From positions 21,469,365 to 21,533,364 of the forward strand of contig NC_092678.1 of NCBI RefSeq assembly GCF_964355755.1: a stretch of DNA of 64,000 nt. The letters run 5' to 3'. The translations under genes were made by a program, and so were the position numbers. This stretch comes from Antedon mediterranea (taxonomy: Eukaryota; Animalia; Echinodermata). The notes beneath the pieces are model-generated. The model did no database searches. It had not been told where the DNA came from and saw nothing but the letters and a program-made list of their open reading frames with translations. Below are positions 1 through 11,286 of the stretch, one piece after another; the first letter of the stretch is position 1; each line of letters begins with the position of its first letter.

Positions 1-584
1 GTAGGAGGAGATAGAAAAATGCGAAGCCTCCTCGCATTTTTTTGGCGGGTATTTTTCAAGATGGACATCCATTAGACAGTGTATACCACGATCGGAAAAC
101 ACCCCTATTTGGGGCAAATCGTTGAACCTAAATTCGTTTTAATCGTCATTAACTAATTATCTAACTCAATTTAATTAGTAAACAGGGTTACATCAGGCGG
201 TTAAAATCAGTACCGAAAGTACGAACCAACTTTACATACCATCGAGTGAAAATTCTAGAAGTAAGGCGCGATTTACCGAATTTTGCCCTTACGTAAGGGC
301 AAAAATCGGTAAATCGCGCCTTACTTCTAGAATTTTTACTCGATGGTATATAAAGTTGGTTCGTACTTTCGGTACTGATTTTAACCACCTGATGTAACCC
401 TGTTTACTAATTAAATTGAGTTAGATAATTAGTTATTGACGATTAAAACGAATTTAGGTTCAACGATTTGCCCCAAATAGGGGTGTTTTCCGATCGTGGT
501 ATACACTGTCTAATGGATGTCCATCTTGAAAAATACCCGCCACAAAAATGCGAGGAGGCTTCGCATTTTCCTATCTCCTCCTAC
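1..584. repeat. Near-perfect palindrome (head-to-head copies of a dispersed element end), no spacer
   Basis: 1-292 is the reverse complement of 293-584, centred on GCCCTTAC|GTAAGGGC, with about seven mismatches by eye. It may extend left of the window. Confidence 0.95.
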
Positions 585-729
585 GATAATTGTTTTTAAT
601 AGCTGAAAACCGGTTGAACAGTTCGAGTACAGCATCATAATGTTGAAGACAGGCCGATTTTCTTTAAAAAATACTATTTTGATACATTTAATATACGTTT
701 TTACAAATGTATTGATTTGTGATGAATGG

Positions 730-1515
730 AACATTCCAAATTATTTGGTTTAACCATACAGGTATAGATTTAGATTTATGGGCCCCCTTGGAGAATAAAC
801 ATAAAATAGTATTGAATGCTGTACAATACTGTTAAGGTATTAACCACTTTTGATCGCAATTTGAATCGCAAATGTCTTACTGTGAGTGTTGGTACTGTTA
901 GATGTAATATAAAAATATATACAAATAAACTTTATTACTGTGAGTGTGGGTAGGCCCTACTGTTAGATTATAAACATATAATATACAAATAAACATTCCA
1001 AATTATTTGGTTTAACCATAGAGGTATAGATTTAGATTTATGGGCGGGCCCCCTTGGAGAATAAACATAAATAGTATTGCAATGCTGTACAATACTGTTA
1101 AGGTATTAACCACTTTTGATCGCAATTTGAATCGCAAATTTCTTACTGTGAGTGTTGGTACTGTTAGATGTAATATAAAAATATATACAAATAAACTTTA
1201 TTACTGTGAGTGGTAGGCCCTACTGTTAGATTATAAACATATAATATACAAATAAACATTCCAAATTATTTGGTTTAACCATAGAGGTATAGATTTAGAT
1301 TTATGGGCCCCCTTGGAGAATAAACATAAATAGTATTGCAATGCTGTACAATACTGTTAAGGTATTAACCACTTTTGATCGCAATTTGAATCGCAAATTT
1401 CTTACTGTGAGTGTTGGTACTGTTAGATGTAATATAAAAATATATACAAATAAACTTTATTACTGTGAGTGGTAGGCCCTACTGTTAGATTATAAACATA
1501 TAATATACAAATAAA
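730..1515. repeat. Tandem repeat, ~262 bp unit x3
   Basis: AACATTCCAAATTATTTGGTTTAACC recurs at ~730, ~992 and ~1254 with near-identical units. Confidence 0.9.
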
Positions 1516-2058
1516 TAAACGTTATTACTGACAGTTGCTTCTCAACGTTTGTATTAATTAATAATTTAAAAATATATAAACGTCGTAGTGGTGTATCGTA
1601 ACACATGTACTTTACTATTTCAATCGACTATGACAGTGACAGTTCTAACAAAGTACCGTATTAAATCGCAAATGTTTTACTGTATTTAGTGGTATATTAT
1701 TTATAGGCCTATAAAACATTAAAAACAATATTTCGTTACTGAGTGGATAAGAATATATTTTAAAATGTTTCCTCTTTGTACCTATCTTCTTCCCCCATCC
1801 CTCAACCCTTAATGTTACATACAAAACACAAATTGGGTTTTTTTAAATGAGTCCAAATAAAAAAATTTGACTCATTTTGTTTCTCTCTCGGAAGTAATTC
1901 CCAGGGTGCTAATTTTGGTTGACTACATAAATCATTGTGTATATTTATTCGTTTCTGTAAACGACAATGTATTATAGTCCTGCGGTACGTACATTTGAAA
2001 TCTCCATTTTTTTCTCGCTGGAAATACTGTGTATTCGAGAACCATCTGTGGGCACGAC

Positions 2059-2095
2059 CTAGATGGTACGCGAGCGAAGCGAGCGTGCCATCTAG
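2059..2095 (+). mobile_element. Helitron-like 3' terminal hairpin ending CTAG|T
   Basis: CTAGATGGTACGC-GAGCGAAGCGA-GCGTGCCATCTAG followed by T. A GC-rich hairpin plus CTRR end is the Helitron pattern. Confidence 0.4.
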
Positions 2096-3276
2096 TATAT
2101 TAAATTCACTATAATCCTCTATGATGATGATACACTATACTTCATAGCCACACATAAATATTGTAGATAACCGCCGCGTTCCATTTTTAAGGCTATATAC
2201 TTTATGCATGCTGACTGCCAGTGATCGAAACAATAGGTACGCGGTTGTCTAGCGGTGTTCTTTGTACGATTCGTTCGTGCCCAAGCTCGCGTCAATATCA
2301 TGTTACATCCTGGGACCAAAAATTCGTATTATTTTTCAGGTGAAAATCGGCAACCAATTCATTTGTTTAACAATAAGGTATGAGTTATTCACGAACGAGT
2401 TTACAAATTTTTCAATTTACAAACAACCTTTTGTATTGTGGGGCACGTATTTGGAGGATTTTCAGAGATGAGGGTGTGGTGAGGTATTGTGGATGTCGGG
2501 GATAGGGGTTCGCAGTCGGTTAAGGGGGGGGGGGTCGCTGTAAAGGGGGGTTCGCCCGAACCATAAAAACCCCCCCTGGCTACGGGCCTGATAGACATGG
2601 GCTTTAGAGACTAATAATTAGGCCTAATAGTATTAATAGAAACTATAATTTTAACACGTAATTCTTTAGTAATACATTATTTAAAAAACTAAACTAAACT
2701 AAAGGCTGATTATTTCAAAAATCCACACAAAACGCCGATATTCTTTTATGAAATCGCACACAGCGGAGATAGGCCTAGAATCGTATTGCAATTGTCGTGT
2801 AATCGCTTCTTGTTGCTATACGCTTGGGTGCACACGGAACAAGAAAATTTAACTGATGAATTATTCATGTTTATTATGTGACGTTTCATTAAGGGGTCCC
2901 CAACTTATGTACGAAAAAACAATCGCGGCCCGCGCGCAGGCGCAATGGTATACCAATACCTGATACTTACATTTTCTTTGACCAAAGCTCCAAGAATAAG
3001 TGGACCAATAAAACCAATCGAAGCGGCTGCAGATGACACAATTCCTACGATTATTTGCGAATGTTCCTTTGATATCTCCATTATGTTTGTAAGTGTGCTC
3101 GTCGCATATATTCCATCAAAAGCAAATGCGACCGTAAGAAGTAAAACAGACGCGACTGCTAGGTGTTCAAAGTATCCAATGAAAGACAGACACATAGCAG
3201 GTATTCCCATGTCTACAAAAAAGTAATGGAAATTGTAACAACTTTAATTAGGCATAAATCAAAACTAGAGTGTTGT

Positions 3277-3420
3277 ATTCATTCTTCCGTTCATTCATTA
3301 GTTCATTAATTCATTCGTGTATTAGTCCATTCATTCACTCATTCGTTTGTTCACTCATTCATTAGTTCATTCATTTATTTGTTCATTCGCTTGTTCTTTC
3401 ATTCATGTATTCATTCATTT
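3277..3420. repeat. Degenerate (TTCA)n microsatellite in intron of copy A
   Basis: Runs of ATTCATTC/TCATTCAT. Confidence 0.75.
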
Positions 3421-4460
3421 GGTCAAAATCTATTACAATAACAATATAAGATTCCAAGCAGTATACTATGAAATAGGTGGATATTTAGTTGGTAAAAATT
3501 AATAATAGACCTAATGATGTTTTGGTTTCAATATTTTAGTTTGTGAAATGAGAATCTCATAAAATTAATATTGAATAGGGTTATATGTTTTGATGTAATG
3601 AATTGTATTGTTCTATAGTAAGCCTATTTGTGATCAAAACATATATATATATAATTTATTTTTATTGATAATAAAGTGCTAATCGTTGTTTATAAAGATA
3701 AACGCGGAATACATTCTTAATTTTTTAAAAGACATACACACTTTCATCTTACGCAAAATCATAAAAAACTTTCTAGTATTTAGTACATTCAGGTATTCCC
3801 GCCGAATGATGACGTCAGCAGCCACACCAGACAGCAGCGTAACTATGAATTCTAGAATTGATGGAATTGATGTTAAAATTGCAATCTAGAAATTAAAATT
3901 ATTATTATTGTTGTTATGTATCTCACAATGTGACGTCATGATAGATCAGGACAAAGTTTATCTCAGCTAAGGATGAGCTCTGGAAGTCATTTTATAGGAG
4001 GCCCACAAATGAACCTCATCGGGACTTTGATTGAAAGGTGGGGGTAGGACGGTGTGGTGCGGCGCTGCACGTCACCATGTAAACCCCGGATCAGAGCTTT
4101 GCTAGACTACAGTAGGTGAAAAGAGTAATATACAAACAAAATGACACTCGGAGAGTTTCACTTACACTTGTTGTATGGAATCCTAATATCAATAAATAAC
4201 TTGGCCCTTCAGTAAGTATAAAAAGATAACTGAAACTGAATGCCGTGTAAGCAACAATTATCGACCACACTGCAATTGATTTGAAGATATCACACCACGG
4301 AACCGGTACATCCTGAATAGAAAAAGAATTTGATCAAGTATAATTCATTATTAATTGGTCAATATTATGGAAGAACGTTTTGAGGTTGCTCGCTAGGTGC
4401 TACTTGTAACTTTTATATAGTTTTTTATAATTTTTGTTGTGTGAATAAATAAACTTGAAA

Positions 4461-4672
4461 GTAAGTATAAGTCCAAAGGCAAATTACTGAAAACATGACA
4501 ATGCTGTGGGTATGTGGCTGGATCTCAATGGAGATACAAAAAAAAAAGCGAAAAGCTAGATTAAAACGATAAAGTAAAACAGCAAGAAAAGTTAGCAGAG
4601 CTTTTGGGCAACACAGCCCTTCATCAGTGCGTATAAGTATATTTAAGTAAGCGAAATGATGACGGTGGTACG
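4461..4672 (-). mobile_element. Penelope-like/retrozyme fragment with degenerate minimal hammerhead ribozyme (~4595-4632)
   Basis: The insert is absent from the homologous intron of copy B (~13260). The minus strand reads GCA-CTGATGA-AGGGC-TGTGTT-GCCC-AAAA-GCTC-TGC. Confidence 0.55.
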
Positions 4673-7616
4673 TTGGGACGTTTCCACATGAGGGCATGGT
4701 TGTGGACTGGTCTATTATGGTAGAGGGGTTCTCTAGGAACTTTTAATTTTTCGTATTTAAACCGTCCCTCTGGAGAGCACGGGCTATTGTCGGTATATCT
4801 AGGTATAAGCTGCACTCATAGACTACCGATACTACTGTGTATTTTGACTTCCTTCTTGAGCTTAAACCATTTTCATTTTAAATATCAACAGCTTAAAAAT
4901 GGAAAGTTTAACTCCCTTAAAATGTTTCCAAATAACCACAGATTTGATTTCTTTGTATTTGCTATATTAAAACAATTTAGTTTCATCCCTTCATATTACG
5001 GTATCAGGTAAATAATTGTTTTATTTAATCCACATTTTGGCCGAAGTGAATAACTATCTTCAATTTTCAAAACTGTTATTCGTTTGGAGGATACAATTTA
5101 ATTTAATGGAACGCCGTTTACGCAACATTTCATTTAATTCATATCGATGCATTTCATTCACATGTCGCGTCAGAACATTTTTATCATCGACAGGTTGCAT
5201 AAAGGGCGTTCCATAGAATTTAATTCAGTGGAGTTTGGAACATATATTATTAACTTTAAAAATATGTTTATGTTTATTACAGAAAGACGAATTGATATCG
5301 AATGATCGATTGTTCCAGCTAACGACGTCACAAGACTTACCTTATTTTGTTCGAGTTGAAAACTTTTCAAATATTCAACTTCCTTTGTTGAAACATAAGG
5401 ATCGTCAACTGGGTCGTCGTAAATGAAAGCTATGCATATTATTACCAAAAGAGCACAAAGTGAACCTACAACAAGAATACAATGGTTGCTTAGAAGATGG
5501 TTGTCGAGGTATTTTTTTTTGTACAACTTGTATCAATAAGCTTTCAATACTATTTAACAGAAAGATTCAAAGCAAGTAGACCTACATAACAACAATAACC
5601 GATCTACGAATGACTGATTTGTTGGAATTGCCAAGGTTGTCTTTATGTAGGCCTAAACCTAATTAAAATAATATTGTATAAGTTGCTTTGTAGGAGTTAT
5701 TATACTTTCTTTCTATTTGTTCTGTTAACCTGCCTGAGAAATGATTGTCAACTCCACTATCAATTACTGACAAATAGTCGTTTCATGTTTTGCGTTTTTC
5801 TCTAGATTATAAAACTAGATGGATAGATAAAACATACTGTATAGACAGTAGTAAACATTAAACATTTATTGAGTAGAAAGCCTAATAGTACTTTTATAAG
5901 TGTGTATTATTAATATTAAACTCACTAAGTATAATATGTCGTCGGCCATCCACCTAAACTGTGAGAAGTGGAAATCCACGTAGATATCGGGTAACAGCAA
6001 ACTTCAGCTATGCACGAGCCTGTAAAGAAAAGATGGGAAACCAAACACGGTTTCCAAACGTTACCGGTAGTTAAGGCGCCGCGTGAAAACGAAACATTGA
6101 CGTTCAATTGGAGTGCCGGCGCCGGACTGGAACAGGTGTGAAAGACCCTTTAATCAGTAATTCTGAATTTTCTTTATCAAAATGTCGATCGCTCAATTCA
6201 TTCAACTAGGCTCATTGGGAACGAATGTTTCGAATTTGTTGTCGGTCCATCTTTGTTTTACTCAAACTTTGCGTTGCGTCCAAACGGAAACCAAGCCATC
6301 AAACAAGAAATTAGCTTTCTTTTACATTTTAAATACTTACCCGAATATGCAATTGATACCAATGTACTCCGTTCAGACGGAACAATCCATTTTCTTAAAG
6401 TGATGTATATCCCCGGCATGATTAATCCCTGAAAGTAAATAAGTGGGTTTTACGTCAGTAATGCGTGAACGGTGATTACCGTTTACGCAACACGTCAAGG
6501 AAATGTTTTCTTGAGTGTGTGTTATGTAACGTACGTCTTTTCGCCCTATCGCCAGTTGTCGTTTTGACGTTAATAACTATGTAGGCCTATGTAAATAGTA
6601 CGTAAACATCTTGGTCATAATTGCTATTGGTTTTGAAAAACTTATTTAACGTATTTTAATCGGTTTTCCATGTCATACAAGAGTGACATTGTTTATATAT
6701 TGAACTGGTAAAAAGGCACTAACTTCAATGACGCCTTGTAAAACCCGTAAGACGATCAGCAGACTCGTTCCATTGCCTGCAGCCCACGGGATCATGGCAG
6801 ACAGTAAACTTTCCAACAGAAGAACTATTACAACTGATCGTTTTCCGCCAATTTTACCAGCTAACCAACCGCCCGGCAGTCCGCCTATTATATAACCGTA
6901 ATAAAACGATCCAAGTATTTTCTGTTGTGTTTGGTCATCCCAATCATAGGTTGGTATCTGGAAAACGAAATCGTAAACACAGAACATCAGCTAATCACTA
7001 TAATGTGTAGAACATGTTTTAAAATAATAATTTACACGCGATTAGATTTATTGTTTTCCATTTGTTTATCAATAACAACCGACCATAACGTAACTCAGAA
7101 AACTATACTTGTTTGCAAGGACCGAACTTGTGTTTTAAGAGAATGCTATTAGCTTACCGGACTTATTGCACTGTCATCTGAAATCTTCGTCACATTTAAG
7201 TTCTGTTCTTCTGTGGTGGCATTCCATCTTTTTACCATGCTTAGAATGGTAATGTTGGGGTTCAATCTAGTACAGAAAACACAAATATATGCTAAACAAC
7301 TCGTTACTGCTACAAAATATCGTTTCATTTTAAAAGCGACTAATTTTAAATTATAGCGAATGCGGTTTGAGGGAAGAACACACAATACTATGCTCTTATT
7401 ATATTACAACAATGAAACCCGTCACCCGTTAATACTAGTAATAATAACGGTAGTCTTATCATTGACTTATAAGTCTACTACAATGTTTTCTAAGCCCTTT
7501 AGGCTTACATGACCCGATTCTGCTACTGTACTGTCAATAGGTATGTATCTGTATAACTATTTAAAGTGTATGCTGTCTGCATAAATGCTGTACAGTACTT
7601 TTAACATACATATATT

Positions 7617-9220
7617 ATTGATTGATTGATTGATTTTATTCGATATTCATACATAAAAGTTAAAATATACAATGTATAAAAGAGAATACCTGGATAACCC
7701 ATTAAGTCGACAAAAAAGTAAACTTATTTCCAATGGGGTCCAATCCGTAATGACTGAAAAGTGAGTGGTTGGGCCTAGTACAATTATCATTAAGTATGAC
7801 TCAGTAAAAATGAAAAAACAAGAAAATACATACAAGACAAGATAACATCAAAAAAACAATATTAAAAATAACTTAATTAAACTGAAATTCCAATTCCAAG
7901 CTGTTCATTATTAAAATATTCTTTAAGTTTTATTTTGAAGGTTGCATTATTTTGTATTGATTTGAGTGAATTGGGGAGCCTGTTCCAGTCACGGATACCT
8001 AAGAAATAAAAAGTCGTATCATTAACGCCAGTAGCCTTAGGAGTGACAAAATTAAATGTTGTACCCCTGGTAAAATGGTTATGATGATCAGAAATTAACA
8101 AAAAGTTATCCTTAAGGAAAGAAGGCGTATTAAAGTTATAACGAATTTTGTGAACATAATTTAATCTTAAAAACTTATTTCTGAGGCTGACATTAAGAAA
8201 CCCAAGATCGGAAAGCTCTTTGGCACCTATGTGAGACCTCGGACCAACATTTAAAATGAAACGTGTCATCTTGTTTTGGGCAGTTTTTAATTTATGTTTA
8301 AGATTCTTATTGACACCGCCGTACCATGCCGAGGCAGAATAGTCAAATGTACATTGTATTAAAGCAGTGCTTAATAGTTTACGACATTTTTTATTCAAGC
8401 ACGAACTTTGCCTATGTAAAAACTTCAACCTTGACTTAACTTTACTGATAACACTAGTTGCAATAATATCACATGATACATATTGGTCTAAATCAATACC
8501 CAAATATTTAACTTGCTTAGTACTTTTGATTCTACGGCCCATTAATTCTACAGAAAACTCTTTAACTTTGTTAAGCTTCGCTCTGCTACCAAAGATAATA
8601 CTTTCGGTTTTGCCAACATGTAAAGATAATTTGTTTTCAGTTAATCAGTCCTGGCACTTAGCTAGGACAGTACTTAATTTATGAGCGATTTTGGTGGCAT
8701 CGTGATGAGAATACAGAATCGTAGAATCATCAGCATAAAGCAATAATTGAACATCAGAATCAATACAAGAAGCAATATCATTTAAATAACATAGAAAAAG
8801 AATAGGGCCCAAGATGCTACCATGAGTAACTATAAGAGGTTCAGAGCAGGTACCATTCACACTGACAACTTGTGTGCGGTTAGTAGCGAGATAAGATTGA
8901 AACCAGTCAGTACACTTCAAACCCATGCATTTTAGCTTGTTAATTAAAATCACATGATCGACGGTATCGAAAGCTTTTTGTAAGTCAATTAGAACCATTC
9001 CAGTAAGAAGGCCTTTGGACTTATTGTTTTTTAAACCGTCGATGAAATTTATGAGGTTGCTTTCAGTTGAATGGGCCTGCCGAAAACCGGATTGATAGGC
9101 ATAAAGTATATTATTTTTGGAAAGATACTTTTCAACTTGTATAGCTACAGATTTTTCAAGAATCTTAGATACCGTAGGCAGAATACTAATCGGCCGATAA
9201 TTCTCAACACTTGTTCTAGT
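7617..9220 (-). mobile_element. 5'-truncated CR1/L2-group non-LTR retrotransposon (RT fragment, frameshifted)
   Basis: ORFs 8645-8998 (DLQKAFDTVDH, GSILGPILF, YADD) and 7877-8542 (KYLGI, RT C-terminus). (AATC)n tail at 7617-7635 on the minus strand. Confidence 0.9.
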
Positions 9221-9222
9221 AT

Positions 9223-10620
9223 TTGAGAGGACACTCCTATTCTGTGGACATCCTTAATGAGAGGACACTCATATTATGACGACATCCTTATTGAGGAGAC
9301 ACAGCTATTCTAAGGACATCCTTATTGAGGGAACACTCCTATTCTGTGGACATCCTTAATGAGAGGACACTCCTATTATGAGGACATCCTTATTGAGGAG
9401 ACACTCCTATTCTGAGGACATCCTTATTGAGAGGACACTCCTATTCTGTGGACATCCTTAATGAGAGGACACTCCTATTATGACGACATCCTTATTGAGG
9501 AGACACAGCTATTCTAAGGACATCCTTATTGAGAGGACACTCCTATTCTGTGGACATCCTTAATGAGAGGACACTCCTATTATGACGACATCCTTATTGA
9601 GGAGACATAGCTATTCTAAGGACATCCTTATTGAGAGGACACTCCTATTCTGTGGACATCCTTAAGGAGAGGACACTCCTATTATGACGACATCCTTATT
9701 GAGGAGACATAGCTATTCTAAGGACATTCTTATTGAGGGAACACTCCTATTCTGTGGACATCCTTAATGAGAGGACACTCCTATTATGACGACATCCTTA
9801 TTGAGGAGACACAGCTATTCTAAGGACATTCTTATTGAGGGAACACTCCTATTCTGTGGACATCCTTAATGAGAGGACACTCCTATTATGAGGACATCCT
9901 TATTGAGGAGACACAGCTATTCTAAGGACATTCTTATTGAGGGAACACTCCTATTCTGTGGACATCCTTAATGAGAGGACACTCCTATTATGAGGACATC
10001 CTTATTGAGGAGACACAGCTATTCTAAGGACATTCTTATTGAGGGAACACTTCTATTTTGAGGACATCCTTATGGGGTGGGGGACACACCAATTCTAAGG
10101 ACATCCTTATTGAGAGGACACTCCTATTCTGAGGATATCCTTGTTGAGGGGACACTCCTCCTATTCTGAGAACATCCTTATTGAGGGGACACACATATTC
10201 TGATGATATCCTTATTGAGGAGACACTCCTATTCTGAGGAAATTCTTATCGAGGGGACACTCATATTCTGAGGACATCCTTGTTGAGGTGACGCTCCTCA
10301 TAAACACATATTCTGTTGACATTCCTATTGCGGGGACATTCCTAATCTGAGGAAATCCTTATTGAGGGGACACTCCTATTCTGAGGACATCCTTATTGAG
10401 GGTATAATCATATTCAGAGGACATCCCTATTAAGGGGACACTCTTATTCTGAGCACATCCTTATTGAGGGGACACTCCTATTCTGAGGACATCCTTATTG
10501 AGGGGACACTCCTATTCTGAGGACATCCTTATTGAGGGGACACTCCTATTCTAGAACATCCTTATTTAGGGGACACTCCTATTCTAAGGACATCCTTATT
10601 GAGGGGACACTCTTATTCAA
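9223..10620. repeat. Minisatellite, 34-bp unit with 102-bp higher-order repeat
   Basis: Unit GAGGACATCCTTATTGAGGGGACACTCCTATTCT. A three-variant 102-bp cycle runs ~9243-10060, and monomers are more divergent beyond that. Confidence 0.92.
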
Positions 10621-11286
10621 AATACACTTTCGGGTTAAATAAATGATGGACAATCTATATTAAGGAGATACTTTGAGGGGTCTTAATATGAGTTCTACTA
10701 TATGTTCAAATGACCACTAAATATAGTAAAATTTAATATATAATACAATGAGACAAATAAAATATATAGTTTTATTTCGCAATTAGTTCAATATTTAAAA
10801 TCAAGACGTGGCGCTTATTGACTTTAAAATACTTAGTGTTGTCAGGGAAGAGTGAAAGTAATGTCAATCTTCTCTGGTGTTGTCCACCATACTGTAACAG
10901 CCGCTCAATATAATCTCTTTCTTCCTTATATCTTTACTCTCATTAAAAGTTAATACTAACAAACTTTATCAAAAATAAATAAATTGTTATCTCGTCATAA
11001 TTTATATACAAAGTTATTAAACATAACTAACAAAAGACATTAGCAACAAAACATATTACAACATTATTTTATTTATTTATGTCTTTTCCTCTTTTAACAA
11101 ACATTACAAGATTTAATAAGACAATTATAAAATATTATTCTATTTATAAATAATTAAAAAACAATAAATAAATAATGTAAATACATTGTATACATCTTTC
11201 ATTTTTAAAAATCGAAAGCCAGGTCTCGGGTCCATTCTATAGTCGCCACGGATTGATTTCTTCATCAGTACTTCTATGAATGGTAT

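Larger units (their letters stand above)
2971..7328 (-). pseudogene. SLC17/sialin-like transporter copy A (probable pseudogene; last exon not found in window)
   Basis: Exons 7158-7328, 6724-6957, 6341-6428, 5926-6019, 5341-5465, 4166-4312, 3753-3885 and 2971-3212, all with GT-AG. Exon 4 is 94 bp versus 96 in the paralogs, giving TA|G = stop at the exon 4/5 junction. Confidence 0.8.

Noticed and set aside
2500-2590. G-rich segment ending GGCTACGGGCCTG as a complete hAT element
   Set aside because: Only one terminus is visible; no matching TIR or TSD was found.
9223-10620. Regular 34-bp repeats as a CRISPR array
   Set aside because: There are no unique spacers and no cas genes, and the context is eukaryotic; it is a minisatellite.
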